Numbered from the whole stretch's first letter, positions 24,325 through 37,712 are shown. The stretch is 63,226 nucleotides of DNA, filler included, from Reclinomonas americana ATCC 50394 (GCA_048213135.1; 5 parts of 2 records of this genome joined end to end with filler, not necessarily neighbours in it); one strand, 5' to 3'. Numbers and translations: made by a program. The notes: a model not told the origin generated them from the sequence alone.

Positions 24325-26724
24325 TCATGAGGGTGCCATGCCGCACTTGCGCTCGTACTCGAGCAGCAACTCTACGCACTCTAATTGTTTGGCGGACTCG
24401 GACACCGCTGCGGCGGTGTAGTCGTTCTGCGTGCAGCGACGATGCTTGAGTTGTTTGTGGGAGGGAAGACTGCTGTCGGCACATCGACGTACCCGATCAC
24501 GAATCGCAATGAGCTCTCCCAGACAACCCGCCTCCTCTGCTCGCTCGAGCAGCCAGCGCAGTGTGCGTATGCGACCACGCTTGCCGGCCAAGTGCACGAT
24601 CGTCTGACCAAAATCGTTTCTATCCAACAAATCGTCTCGGCTCTGCGCACTGAAGTCAGAAGGTGGAACCTGTGTAAGAGAGAGGAGCCGCTGCGTGTAG
24701 CTCACCCGGACCAACACTTGCACAGTGGACAGCGCGTCGTACCACACGGCACACATCAGTGGGCTGGTGTGGCTCAGGGAGCGTGCATTCACATCGGCGC
24801 CGTGATCGAGCAGACTGCCGAAGCGTACGAGTGAGTGGTGGACATGGACGGGAGAACGCAACAAGAAAGAATGCAAACCATTGCAGGCAGCGTGGATGAT
24901 TGCATCCGGCCGCTACGTGCAGCGGTGTGCGGCCGAGTGTGTCAGTTCCGTGCAGCAGGTGCGGAAACTTGGCCAGCAGCTTGTTCGCAATGTCCGCACG
25001 TGCCTCATCCATCTCGTCCGACGTGTCTTCCTCGGCCATCTACGCACGTGTGAGAAATGAAGAGACGCAAGAGAGGGTGTGGAAAGAGAGTGACCAACCG
25101 TGGCCTCGTCCTTGTCTCGTCGCAGTCCGGAGCGCACAGTCATCTCGAAGCCACCCTCACCGCGCTCCGGCTCAAACCGCTCGAGCGACTGACCGCACAG
25201 CGAATGCAGCGGATTGCATGCAGTCTCCAGGAACGAGACCTTGGGCAATAAGATATCCACCACCTCCGAGCGCACATTCGCGCAGGCCAGATGCAGTGCG
25301 GTCAGTCCCTCGGCGTCTGTCACACGACACCCAGCGATCAGACAATAGGGAGAAGGGTGGGAGGGAAAGGGGGAAAGGAGGGGGAACGAGGGAAAGAAGA
25401 AGGGGACGAGGGGAAGGAGAAGGAGACGTGAGTGAGAGAGAGCAGAAGCGCAGTCATTCTCATGTTATTTCGCACTCACTTTCTCACTCACTCACTCACT
25501 CACTCTTTCACTCATTCGCTCATTCGCTCATTCATTCAGAAAGCCAATTACTCACTTGCTTACTCACTCACCACACACATACTCTCACACGTGCACACTC
25601 ACGAATTCATTCTCTTGTCCTCTCGCATTCGCTTATCAACATTCACTCACTCTCTCACTCACCCACTTGCTACCACGCAGTCACACATTGCACTCGCTGC
25701 ACTCACTCGCCACACACTCACTAACTGCGCTCACTACACTCAAGGTCAAAGAACGAGCCGCGGCAGTTGCAGCTGCCGAGGCCCAGGCACAACGCAACGC
25801 CAGCAGACACAGCCGGGTAGTTGTTGCAGGCGAAGTGGCATGAACATATCAAGCCATCACTAACTAACCACTTACTCATTTCTGGCTCTCCCTACAGACT
25901 CTGTTTTCACGCACTCCCCTTCATTCTCTCACTCCCTTCCCTTCACTCACTCCCGCTCTCTGTGTTTCTCACACTCACCCTTCAGATCCAACAACTCGGG
26001 CGACACACCGTGCTGGAACAGCACACGAACCGTCTGCGCTGCGCCGCGATAACTGGCGTAATGCAGCGGGGTCCAGCCGTACTTGGAGGCCCACTCCAGA
26101 CTCCTGCGCAGCGGCAGAGAGAATGTGAGCAACCTGAAAACGACGCAGTTCTCATGCTGTTACTGCGAGCCACCCACCTTGATGGCACTCGTGGATGCTC
26201 CAGCAGCAACTGCAGGCACTCGGGAAAGTCGTAGGCGGCCGCATAGTGCACAGGTGTGCACCCGAAATCATCGGCCACAATCGGCGACGCTCCAAAGTTC
26301 AACAGCACGCGCAGTGCATCAGTGAACCCACGCTGACACACAATGTGCACTGCAGTCATGCCCTCCGACGTCGGCAGATCGATGGGCGTGCTAATGTGCA
26401 GTCTGCGGTCACGTAAACTGGTCAATACGTGACTTTCCACACAGACTCACGCGACTCAAAAATACCGCTCGAGAATCTCCGTGTCTGGTTTGGAGCGGCC
26501 ACAGTGCTCACACAGAGCGCGCAGCACGTCGGGGTTGCCGGTCATGGCGGCGAGGTGGATGGCGTAGCGCTTCATCTCGTCGCCTTGGTACATGTCGGCG
26601 CCTGTGTGCCGTGAAGTGAGAAAGGGGGCAAAGGAAAAGAGCAAGGCAGTGGAAACAGGAAGGCAGGAGGGTGAGAATAAGCAAGAGACAAGGAGCAACG
26701 AAGAAGTAGAAAAGAGAGACAGCA

Positions 26725-26768
<44 letters not shown>

Positions 26769-28747
26769 AATGCTAGTTTCTTGTACAACTCGCCCCGCCG
26801 GGCGGCGTATTTGCAAACAGACAAGAAAGTGAGAGTGAGTGAGTGTGTGTGTGAGAGAGAGAGAGAGAGAAGGAAAGAGAGCGAGTTGACAGTTAAGAGA
26901 GAATGAGTGTCAAGGAATGCTTGGCCGCCGTACGTTTTCGAGTTGAGCGAGGCAGTCGCAAGGTGGGGCAAGGGGGAACGTGTAGATGACGTATCATTTG
27001 CCCTGCCAGCCAGCGTATTTTGCGCGAGAGAGAGAAGGTATAGATAAGAAGAGCACGGCAGCAGAGAATGGAAGAAAGGCAGGAGTCAACGAGCCAGGTG
27101 GAAGAGGCAGAGTAACACGGACGTATGAGCAAAGGGTAAGGAAGGAGAGAGAGGAAGTCAGGAAAGAAGTGCTACGCGACAGAGAAAGAGAAACGCAGGA
27201 CAGCAAACTCAAGGTGGAGAAGAGTGGGAAAGGAGCAGCAGCAAGAGTAAGTGAGGAGACAAAGAGCTATACAAGATTGAAAGAGCCAGCCAGCAATGCA
27301 AAAGCAACAAGATGGTGTGACAATGACAACGCCCACAATCCGCATGCCAGCACACACCTGAGCGCAGCAGCATGTCCACAATCTGTGCATTGCCACAATT
27401 GCACGCCAAGTGCAATGGCGTGTCGTGCGAGTCGTTCTCCAGCGACACGGTCACCGAGTGCTTCCGATGATAACATAGCAACAGGGCAACCATACTGAAT
27501 AAACGTCAGCATCAGGAAGCAGAGCGGTGAGCACAGCTCGCGCATCGCAACTCTGCTCGTCCATAGTCGGCGGCAATGTGCAGCAGCGTGTTTCCGCGGA
27601 TACATTCGTGCACGCTGAGCAATACCTCAACCTGCACGCATGCCAACACATGTCAATGAACCTGAACTCCAACAGCCACCAACAAATTCTCGATCGAGAC
27701 GAAACCGCAGGAAAGTCGGTCGATGCTGGCGTGCCGTCCTCACCCTCTTCGCCCGACTCGAGCATGATTGGCGGGTACTTCTCGACCTCTGCGGCGCAGG
27801 TGCGAGTGAGCTACACATTGAAGAGAATGAAGGAAATGCACGACAGCGCGTGACCTTTCAGCGCAATGCCCACGGCATCCACATCGCCATTTCGGCATAG
27901 GAGATGTGCGGCAGTCATCAGCGTGTCGTCGGCAATCAGAGGATTGGCGCCGCGCATCAGCAGCAACCTGGCGTGGAGACAAAGGTGAGAGACGATGGTG
28001 TGACGCAAAAGACGTTGAGGAAGAAGATAACTTTGAAACGGTGGCATGCTCGCCTACAGCCGCCCACGTCAGTGGGGTGAGTCCATTGGCATTGCGCGAG
28101 TCGATCTTGTGTGCGCAAGTGAGATAAGTGAATAGCCTTGCATAACAGAGATACGTGACTCACCTCGGCGCCGTTGCTGAGCAGCACACGAACGTGATCC
28201 AAGGCACCCGCAAACGCCGCATAGTGCAACGGGGTCTCTCCCTCCTCCGTGCGCCTGCCGGCCCATGGTCACGGTCAGCCCTTCCTCCATATGTGCACGG
28301 NNNNNNNNNNNNNNNNNNNNNNNNNNNNNNNNNNNNNNNNNNNNTTAATTAATTAANNNNNNNNNNNNNNNNNNNNNNNNNNNNNNNNNNNNNNNNNNNN
28401 CGCTCAGTGAAGCCAGTCAACGACAGCAGTGAGACAGCTGCTAGCAAGCCTGAAAACTGTGACTGAGTGAGTGACTGAGAGAGATGAGCAATCAGTGAAT
28501 GCATTCAGTGACATGAGAGTGTGAGAACGCCACTAGCTTACGCGGAGTGCACATGCACATCATCCTCCACGAGAGACAACACACGTGCACATATGTGCGC
28601 GAGTAAACAGAGAGAGAGAGTCTCACACCTCACAGGCGCAGTGTGCAACAGCTCACGCAGCGCAGCCAGCAGTTGCGCAGCATCTCGTCTCAACAAGCAG
28701 TCCCACACAAGCTCGCCAATCGCGTCATCGCCATCGTCATCGCTCAT
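24325..28747 (-). CDS. Ankyrin-repeat protein (many repeats)
   Basis: Repeated motifs GETPLHYAAFAG, GLTPLTWAA, GNTLLHIAADYG, DTPLHLACNCG, GMTAVHIVCQRG, GCTPVHYAA, GWTPLHYASYRG, GLTALHLAC, GRTPLHVAAGCN and GQTIVHLAGKRG. First exon MSDDDGDD at 28747 lies across a spacer. Confidence 0.9.
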
Positions 28748-28849
28748 TGCAAACACAAAGATAAGAGACAATCAACAGTCGGTGTCCTCCTCCTGCGTTC
28801 TCTCTCTGTCTCGACGTTCTTCACCCTTGGTGTATGAGTGTGAGTGAGA

Positions 28850-30639
28850 ATGAGTGGCAAGGCGTCTGTGTTGAACGGGACTGTGTGTGTGGCCATTGGT
28901 CAGCGCAGTGAGCTGCTTGGTGAGGATAAAGAATGCAAGTTGTTGCTCTCTCTTCCGCGATCACTCTCGTGTGCGATGTTGGCCTCATGTGTGCACACTC
29001 TCTGCTCACGTGTGCACACTTTCCGCTCACTTGTGCACACTTTCCGCACACTTTCTGCACGCAATTCTCTCAGTCAGCATCCATTGTCACTCATGCTCAC
29101 TCATGTCGCGCTTCTGCTCTCTTGTGCTCACTCATAACCACGCAGGCACACTCCTTACACACTCTCCGCTCACTTGTGCACACTTTCCGCACACTTCCTG
29201 CACGCAATTCTCTCAGTCAGCATCAATTGTCACTCATTCTTACTCATGTCGCGCTCTTGCTCTCTTGTGCTCACTCAAGTCCACCTGTAACCATGCAAGC
29301 ACACTCTTTACACACTCTCCGCTCACTTGTGCACACTTTCCGCACACTTCCTGCACTCAATTCTCTCAGTCAGCATCCATTGTCACTCATTCTTACTCAT
29401 GTCGCGCTTTTGCTCCCTCGTGCTCACTCATAACCACTCACAACCACGCATTCACACTACTTACTCGTTTAACACTCACTTGCGCACACTTTCAGCACAC
29501 TTCACGCTCACATTCCCTCTATTCTCTCAGTCGATCATGCACTTCTTCTCACCCGCTCTTGCGCTCTTCTGGTACATTCAAAGCCGCGCAGGCACTCCTT
29601 ACCTTCCGCGCCATCTATTCTCTCCCTCCACGCCATTCCCTTTCCTCACTCGCTTCCCATGTGGCCACAGCTCGACAACTGGTGATTCCGAATCACAGTG
29701 CGGCACAGCGCGTGGAGGCCGACACACGACGCATTCTGCGATCACCAGCCGTGCAGCGCATGCCTGCCGGGTCGCGAGTGGTGGTGCGCGATCCCATGAC
29801 GGTGAGTCTGAGGTGACGCTTGTCTCTCCCCCCACAATGTTGCTCACCCCGTTGCAGGCCCTCCGCGCATTCATCCGCATGGGCGAGCATCAGATGGTGT
29901 TTGTCGTGTGGGCCGAAGAGAGCACATCGGTGAGAGCGGGTGGTCATTCTGCTGCGCGCAACAGTCGCCCAGTTGTCTCACGTGCAGCGCGCAGTTGAAT
30001 GACATGTCGGCGGTGGTGGAGGTCCTCGTGCATCACGTACACAGGGCGGTCAAGCCGGACAAGAGCGGCACGGTGTCTGCAGAGGCTGTCACCACGCACA
30101 TGGAGTCGACGATGGTTCGGGCTTCATCTTCGTTCTTCACGTGTGCTTCCGCTCCTGCTGCTGACTTGACCATGCGCACAAAGGCAAAGCTCCGCGAGGG
30201 CAAGTACCGCTCGGAGATCGCCGCCGTGCAGGAGCAGATCGACGAAGTGCGCAGTGTGCTTCTCCAGAGCATCGGTACGCGCTCTAATTCTCACTTGTCA
30301 CGCTCCTCGTGCGATTTTGTTGACTCGCTTGCGCGGCAGAGAGCGCACTGGAACGTGGCGATCGCGTCGGCCGTCTCACCGAATCCACCGCTCTCCTCAC
30401 CAACCAGGCCAACACATTCAAGAAGCAATCAGACCAAGTACGACAGACGTTCTGCTCAAGGGTCAGTCTATTGCATCTCCGCACATCGCTTTCTCGTTTC
30501 GCCACGCGCCCACTCCCTCCTTCTCTTCACGCGCACACAGCATCGCAAGCTCATAATCATCCTCTCCATCATCCTGCTCGTGCTCATTGGTGGCGGCGTC
30601 GTGCTGGCCCTCTGGCTCACCCATGTAATCAACTTTTGA
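28850..30639 (+). CDS. Longin R-SNARE, VAMP7-like (paralogue 1)
   Basis: Longin-like N-terminus MSGKASVLNGTVCVAIGQRSELL|ARQLV..RVEADTRRIL. SNARE EIAAVQEQIDEVRSVLLQSI|ESALERGDRVGRLTESTALLTNQANTF with zero-layer Arg. C-terminal TMD LIIILSIILLVLIGGGVVLALWL. Confidence 0.85.
29023..29500. repeat. Tandem repeat with 143-153 bp units in intron 1 of longin 1
   Basis: CCGCTCACTTGTGCACACTTTCCGCACACTT starts at 29023, 29166 and 29319, plus a degenerate fourth copy. Confidence 0.85.
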
Positions 30640-30688
30640 AGTGTTCTTCCGGTCGATCGTCCTGCTGTTCTCCTCCCTCACCATACGT

Positions 30689-31564
30689 ATGATCTCGGTG
30701 ATCGACTCCACTCGCACCTCTGTTGCACTGCTGGCCGTCGGATACAACGATGCCATCATCGGTGTGCTTCTCTCTCTTGCACGCAGACACACGCAGGAAA
30801 GAGTCTCACAAGGCCTCCACACACCACAGCGAAAAAGATCGTCTCCTCACACAAAGACACTGATCGCCTGCTGGCCGACGCACAACGCGCACTGAGTGTG
30901 GTCACTGATGGGCGACGCCCACGTGTCAACTATGCAGATGAGAGCACAGTTGCGCGCAATCATCTCTCTCTCAGTCACACACAGACTCCTCACATCACTC
31001 GCACGCAGGGACTGCATGTGACAGCCGTGGTCGACACTCGTGGACTGGTGTACTTTGTGTGGTACCACCCTGGTCAACACATGGAGGTGTGCCTCCATCG
31101 CACTCACAGTCTCTCACTAATCACTGATTGCAAGTCGCAGGCGCGCACTGCTCTCGACACAGTGACTCAGCTCTCCAACGAGGTGCGCGATCATGTGCCA
31201 CTGGACGCCGATGCAGGCACTCTGAGGTCGCACATTAAGCGACTGCTGAGTGCCAAGGCCAAGACACTGTTGGACTCGGAGCATGGATCGTTGTTGGCAG
31301 GAGGATCCGGATCGTCGTCACTGTCTTCGCGATCGAGTGGAGGACGCCGGCAAAAGTCGTTTCAGGAGGCCGCCAGTGACTTGCTGCGCAGTGCGGTGTG
31401 TGTATGTGTTCTTGCAAGGAGGGCAGGATGGCAAACCGCGACTCATGTGAGGTGAGCAGAAACGCCGACAGCAGTGCCGCTACACGATTGTTGTGGTCGT
31501 CTGCAGTGTGGTGGTGCTGGCCGGGCTGACGGTGCTGGCGCTGTGGCTGTTGCATGTGTTCTGA
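30689..31564 (+). CDS. Tail-anchored longin lacking most of the SNARE motif (paralogue 2)
   Basis: Exon layout and longin sequence match the neighbours (SVALLAVGYNDAII|AKKIV..RLLADAQRAL; GLHVTAVVDTRGLVYFVW). The SNARE region is replaced by GSLLAGGSGSSSLSSRSSGGRR. TMD YTIVVVVCSVVVLAGLTVLALWLL. Confidence 0.8.
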
Positions 31565-32601
31565 AAATGCGGGCGATGGAAGGAGAAGCGCTTCGTGGAG
31601 AAAGGGGAGCTCGAGCCTCGTGGCGATGATGATGATGAGGACAGGGCGACCAGAGTGCTGGCCGACACTCGCAGCGGATAATGCTGCATGCGAGGCAGTA
31701 AACGAAGGAGAAGGTTCGTACGATGCAGCGCAGAGAAGCTCGAGATGCAAGCGCTTGGAGGGAAGGGTGATTGAGAAGGAGAGGTAAGATTGCAGATGGG
31801 ACGAAGGAGAGAGAGGTGTTCGCGACAGCGCAATACGGAGGGCAAGGTCAAGGGTCACGGTCGACGATGTCACTTGTGCTGTGCAAGTGACGGATTGGAT
31901 TCGGCTCCTGACTAGAGAGCTCATGGGCTTCTTTGTGTAAGGAAGGCTGTTCGTGAACGGAAGGTCCACGTCACAGCCCTGCCCTGACGCAAGTGACGAC
32001 GTGCACGTGATCAGGGACACGACCGGGACACATGCAACGATACGGACCGAGGCAAAGGTGAGGTCTTCATTTCGTTTGCTGCAGCTGCATTTCGACGACG
32101 TCGACGCAAGTGACTACGCAATCAGCTGCGAGATGGAGGACGATCCGCAGCGCGCAGGGAGCTCGCTAATATGAACTCCTTCTGAGCCAGGGACGACGTA
32201 TCAGGTTCGTGACAACGATGAAGGAGGCAGACAGCAATGCGGACCACTGCATCAAACGTTGTGCTCGAACGTGCACGTCACAGCACTGCCCTTACGACGC
32301 GATCACGGACACATACAACGATACGGACCAGAGCCTGGAACTGCTGCTGCGTGCAAGGTGCACAAAGGGACGTGACCGGTACCCTGCAGCTGACGCAAGT
32401 GACGACGCGATCACGATCTCAATGTAGCAAAACATGCTTCGAATTCGGATCAAGAAGCTCACTAGCAGTTGTAACTACGGGCTGTAAACTACGGACTGCA
32501 AGCTGCTGTGCACTTCTCCTGTCCTTCCGCATGTCGTCGTGTTGTCCCGTTCGGATCTCAGTGTTTTTTCCGTCTTTGTGTGTTTCTGTGAAGAGTGTAA
32601 G

Positions 32602-34606
32602 ATGGCCTCTGCAGCAGCCTCCACCAATCCTCTCACCTCCATTGTGATGCTCGCCATTGGCGAGGCCGATGCGTTGCATGGCAAGTAAACACAACTCACT
32701 CACTTTCTTTATCTCTCTCACTCTCTCTCTCTCTCTTTGCGTGTGTGAACAGCAAAGAAAGTGGTCAATGGGCATGAGGCCTCTGAGCGACTGGAGGCGG
32801 AGACAGAGCGCATTCTGCATTCGTTGCCCATGCGCGCAGGAACGCGAAATGCAGCGCATGATGCTCACACAGTGCGTGTGTGTGTGTGTAAAGGGGAGAG
32901 AGNNNNNNNNNNNNNNNNNNNNNNNNNNNNNNNNNNNNNNNNNNNNNNNNNNNNNNNNNNNNNNNNNNNNNNNNNNNNNNNNNNNNNNNNNNNNNNNNNN
33001 NNNNNNNNNNNNNNNNNNNNNNNNNNNNNNNNNNNNNNNNNNNNNNNNNNNNNNNNNNNNNNNNNNNNNNNNNNNNNNNNNNNNNNNNNNNNNNNNNNNN
33101 NNNNNNNNNNNNNNNNNNNNNNNNNNNNNNNNNNNNNNNNNNNNNNNNNNNNNNNNNNNNNNNNNNNNNNNNNNNNNNNNNNNNNNNNNNNNNNNNNNNN
33201 NNNNNNNNCCTCCGCGTTCTTTCTCTGTGTCTCTGTCACTGTCTCTCTGCTTCTGTCACTCTGCCTCCTTCTCTGTCTCTGTCTCTGCCTCCTTCTCTGT
33301 CTCTGTCTCTGTCTTTTTCTGTGTGTCTCTCTCTTGCTGTCTGTGTGTATCTCACTCTCTCGTGTCACTGCCTCTGCCGCTGCCGGTTTTGGCTCTGCCT
33401 CCCTCACTGCCTCAGCTTCTGCCTCTGTCTCTGTCTCTGTCTCTCAGCCTCAGCCTCAGCCGCTGCCTTTCTCTGAGTCTGCCTCTCTGTCTCGTCTCTG
33501 CCTGCTCCTGACTCTGCCTCTAACTCTCTCCCTCTGCCTCTGCCTCTCTGCCTCTGTCTCTCTGTCTCTGTTTCTATCTCCTTGTTCCTTGGCGTCTTCT
33601 CTGACGCGAGTCGTCTGCTGTCGGCCTCTTGGTCGTCTTCCTTGTCGCCCTTTCGATGATTCTCGCTTTCCTCGTCCTCGTCTGTGTCGCTCATGCATTA
33701 CCGTGCCTCATGATGTGTGTGTGGTGTCGACTGCATTCCCGTGTTCTTGCTGCCCCATGTCCCTGTCTCTGCATTTGCTCTCCTGGCCATTGTTGTGTCC
33801 TTGGCTCGTCTGCATTGCCTTGTTCTTCCTCCTCGCTGTCTCGGCCTCACGATTCTGCTGTCGCGGTGTTCTGTGTCTCGGTATCCTGCTCCTATCTCCA
33901 CACTTTGACTCACACCTCGCCCTCCAATCCAACGCAGGGCCTCCGCGTGCTAATGGTTGTCGACGATCGCCCACTGGCATACTTTGCCTGGGTCACCGAG
34001 TCGGCCAAGGTGCGCACTCTTTTCCTGTCACCGCTTCTCTCCATCCTCGTCTCATCTTTCCCCTTCGCCCAGTTGGTGCCAACGTACGCCGTGCTGGACG
34101 CTCTGAGCAGGCGAGCACGCGCAGACGTGCCGCCCACAACCAGAGGCGGCCCGCTGGTGAAGGCCCTGAAGGCTGTACTCGCCAAAGTAATTGACGAGAC
34201 ACGAGACGGGCAGCACCGCGACGAAATCGCACATGTGGCGAACCAGGTGCAAGACGCCAAGCAGGTCATGGTCGACAATATCGGTGCGTGCACTCCCATT
34301 TGACGGGTTTCGCGACCTCCACTCACTTCTCAATCACAGACAAGCTGATTGAGCGGCAGGGAAGGCTGGAGAAGGTGAGCGAGAAGACCGAGCTGCTGGC
34401 GAACCAGGCGAGCACTTTCCGTCAGCGATCCACAGAAGTACGCAAGCATTTTTGCATGCAGGTGTGTGTTTCGAAGTTAGTACCGTGCCTTGGGGTGGAT
34501 GCTCATCTCTCTGTGCGCGCAGCACTGGAAAATGACTCTGATTGTGTCGATTATCGTGCTTGGCGGCGTGACGGTGCTCATTTTGTTCCTCGCCAAAGTC
34601 ATTTGA
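32602..34606 (+). CDS. Longin R-SNARE, VAMP7-like (paralogue 3)
   Basis: SIVMLAIGEADALH|AKKVV..RLEAETERIL; GLRVLMVVDDRPLAYFAWV; SNARE EIAHVANQVQDAKQVMVDNI|DKLIERQGRLEKVSEKTELLANQASTF; TMD HWKMTLIVSIIVLGGVTVLILFL. TGA at 34604-34606. Confidence 0.9.
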
Positions 34607-35385
34607 GGTGGGAGGTGTGCCAGCGGATGGGCACGGGGAGGGAGGTCGCCCAGTACAATTTTCCTTTATAAGATGTGGGGGAAGGGGGAGAAAGGGGAAG
34701 GGGAAGGGGGAGAAAGGGGAGAGAGGGAGGGAGGGAGGCAGGATGTGGATGGAGAGGGGATTGAGAGAAGGCAGGAAAAGATTGCCAGAGAAGCGGGCAG
34801 AAGGAGGGGAGGGAGAGGGAGGGAGAGGAAGGCGACAGCGAAAGGGGAGGTGAAGAAAGGGGAGGGAGGGAAGAGGAGAGACACTGAACGAGGATGCATG
34901 CGAGTGAGAGTAGTCAGGAAAATACAGCAGGTGGGCAGAGAGAGAGCAGCGATTTGTGTTCACGAGAAGAGCGTCGATTTCTCCTCTGTTCCGTCAACAG
35001 TTCGCGAGAAGGGGCCATGCACAGGTTGTCATGGGCTAAGGAAAGCAGGAGCAATTAGGTGGCGTAGAGGATTGATGGGGATAACAGAGTGAGTGACGAA
35101 GGGGAGGATGCGTCCATAAGGCTTTATCTGCAGGCTCCGACATTTGAGTGGTGTGCTGTTTCGTTCATTCAGCTCGTCGGCGGAGAACGAGAGGCTTCCT
35201 CTAATGCAACTTCACGACTGCCGACCACTGGCAGTCGAGGTAGCGTGTCGCCAGCGCAATGAGCAGCTGCGCGATCTTCCGCGTCTTGCAACGGGTGCCA
35301 AGAGAATTCACGGCGGATCCCGTTCGGATCCACGTGATTGTCGTTGTTGTTCTCTCCACAATCTCCATGCAGTTCCCCGAGTCGC

Positions 35386-36496
35386 TCATCGATGTCGTGC
35401 CCGGGCAAATGCCGCACCCATCTCCTGCAGGAAGAACTTCTCCATCGCATCCGCACACTGGTAGTACTCGGTCTCTCGCTCGTTAAAGTAGCGACAGTTG
35501 TCAAAGATGCGCTTGACATCGGCGCCAAACATCTCCTTGGTGCGGTAGAAGCGCGCTTTCAGCCGTTCACCCACTGTCTGGAGGTCTGTAACAGGATTCG
35601 TGTTGTGTGAGACATGATGCGCGACGACAACTGTCACATATCACTGCAGCTCACCCATGGGATCCAGAATCCAGTCCGTGTAACCCGGCACCGCTTCCGG
35701 ATCGACCGGCTCCAGAAACGGCCACGCGTGCTTGCTCTTGCGCATGCGCTCCAGCACGCCCTCCAGAATGCGTTGCAGCTTCAGGATTTCCTCACTGCGC
35801 GAAGAGTGAGACCAATGATGCGCAGCAGTGGCGCAGAAGCAGGGTAACGAAACTCGGGTGTCTCCAGTTCCGGACGCGCCATGTTGCAGTCGCCCACACC
35901 GGGAATCGACAGAATTGGCTTCGGTGACGGGTCGCTCCGAAAGTCCAACCCCGATCGGCGCAAGTGCGAGCGACTGCGCTGGCGCACCAGCCGCATAATG
36001 TACTCTCGCTGCATGCCGAGCATCTCCGGGATGTTGGTGTAGTCGACCTGCGGGAGGGTGAGAGTGAGCAAAGGGGAAGGGGGATGGGAAGGGATGAAGG
36101 GAAGAGAGCACCTTCGGGTGGATGAAACACTCCATCAACTGGCCGCCGTCGTAGTCCTTGATGTAGCCGCGCCATCGTGGGTTCGGGTCGGTGACTTTGA
36201 CGAAGCCTTGTTTCTGTGGAGGCAAAGGTGAGGGGAGAAGGAGAAGGAAGGCTGAGAGAGAGAGAGAGAGAGAACGAGAGAAAGAGAGAAGAGGGGGAGG
36301 TAAAAGCATTTACAAGCACGAAGCTGCCTACCAGCAACAGGATCGTGCAAGGGATACTGCGAATAAAAACACACGTACGATGCACGAAGAGGGACAGCGC
36401 AAAGGAGAAACAGAGAACAAGGGAACTGCGAATGAATTATGACACGAGCAGCATCCGCAAGTAAGAGCCATCAAGAGGAAGAGGCATGCGTGGGGC

Positions 36497-36569
<73 letters not shown>

Positions 36570-37664
36570 GACGACGACGACGACGACGACGTACGAGACG
36601 AGAGAGAGAGTAGTAGTAGTAAGTAACGTAACGTAACGTAACGTAACGTAACGTAACGTAACGTAACGTACGTACGACGTACGACNNNNNNNNNNNNNNN
36701 NNNNNAGAGAGAGAGAGAGAGAGAGAGAGGAAGCAGCACAAGTCAGCGACGCTGTGAATGGCAGGAAGAATCGATTCGAGAATAAGACTCAACGAAAGCA
36801 ATCGTTCAGCACGCTCACGGGCACTGGGCGAGAGAGGAAGATAATGAACACGAGAAAGAGAATTGAGAATGAATCACAAGAATGAAGCAGCGAGGGAACA
36901 GGTTTGCGTGAGAATGAGAGACAGAACAAACTGCAACCGGAAACGAAGCAAGACTAGCAAGGAGGAAGAGCATCAAAGAGAGAAAGAGAGGGTGGAGGGA
37001 CAGAGATGACTTCAAGAACTCGCAACAATAAGCAAGGCCTGTCAGCCCACCAAGCATGCATCCACTGGACGAAACTTTGAAATAATCCACAGCATGATTG
37101 TCGGCATACGTCAAGTACCGCATGATGCCGAGGCGCGCCGAGAACTTTTTCAAGTGATTCATCAGCCGCGTGCCGTAGCCGCGCACCTGCTCCTCTCCAC
37201 TGACAGCGCAAAACACAATCTCCGCGAATCCACGATCGAAGAACGGTCGAAAACAGATTCCACCAATGACGCGGTCCTGCTTGATGCCGACCACCGACTG
37301 GTGCTTGCGATCAAAGACGACGCGCGACACATACGGCAGCGGCATGTTGGGCAACTGGCGATGAAAGATGCGACGCAGATACAGCAGTGGCACCAGCACG
37401 CTCGGATCGTTGCTGTTGTTGGTGATCAGGCGGAAGGACAAGTCGCCCGAGGCCTCCTCGATTTTGGCAATGGCGTCGCGTGATCGTGCGGTGGGTGGGG
37501 GTTTCTGGAGGGGGGAGAAGGGAAAGGGAAAGGAAGGGGGGAAGGGAAGAGGGAAAGGGAGGGAGGGTGAGAGAGAGTGATGAGCACGAGAAAAAGAGAT
37601 CGATGCACATCATTATGAAGAAGGGAGCGATGTACAGCAGGCAGGAAGAGAAAGAGAGCGACGT

Positions 37665-37712
<48 letters not shown>

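Noticed and set aside
29538..29594. Alternative longin 1 first exon MHFFSPALALFWYIQSRA with a GC donor
   Set aside because: Exon 28850-28919 aligns with the first exons of both paralogues and has a canonical phase-1 GT donor.
36568..36685. (ACG)n, (TAG)n and (GTAAC)n runs beside a gap; similar TACG-rich sequence at 39458-39689
   Set aside because: They follow long microsatellites, abut N-gaps and cycle through T-A-C-G. This fits out-of-phase 454 pyrosequencing flow noise rather than telomeric or satellite DNA.
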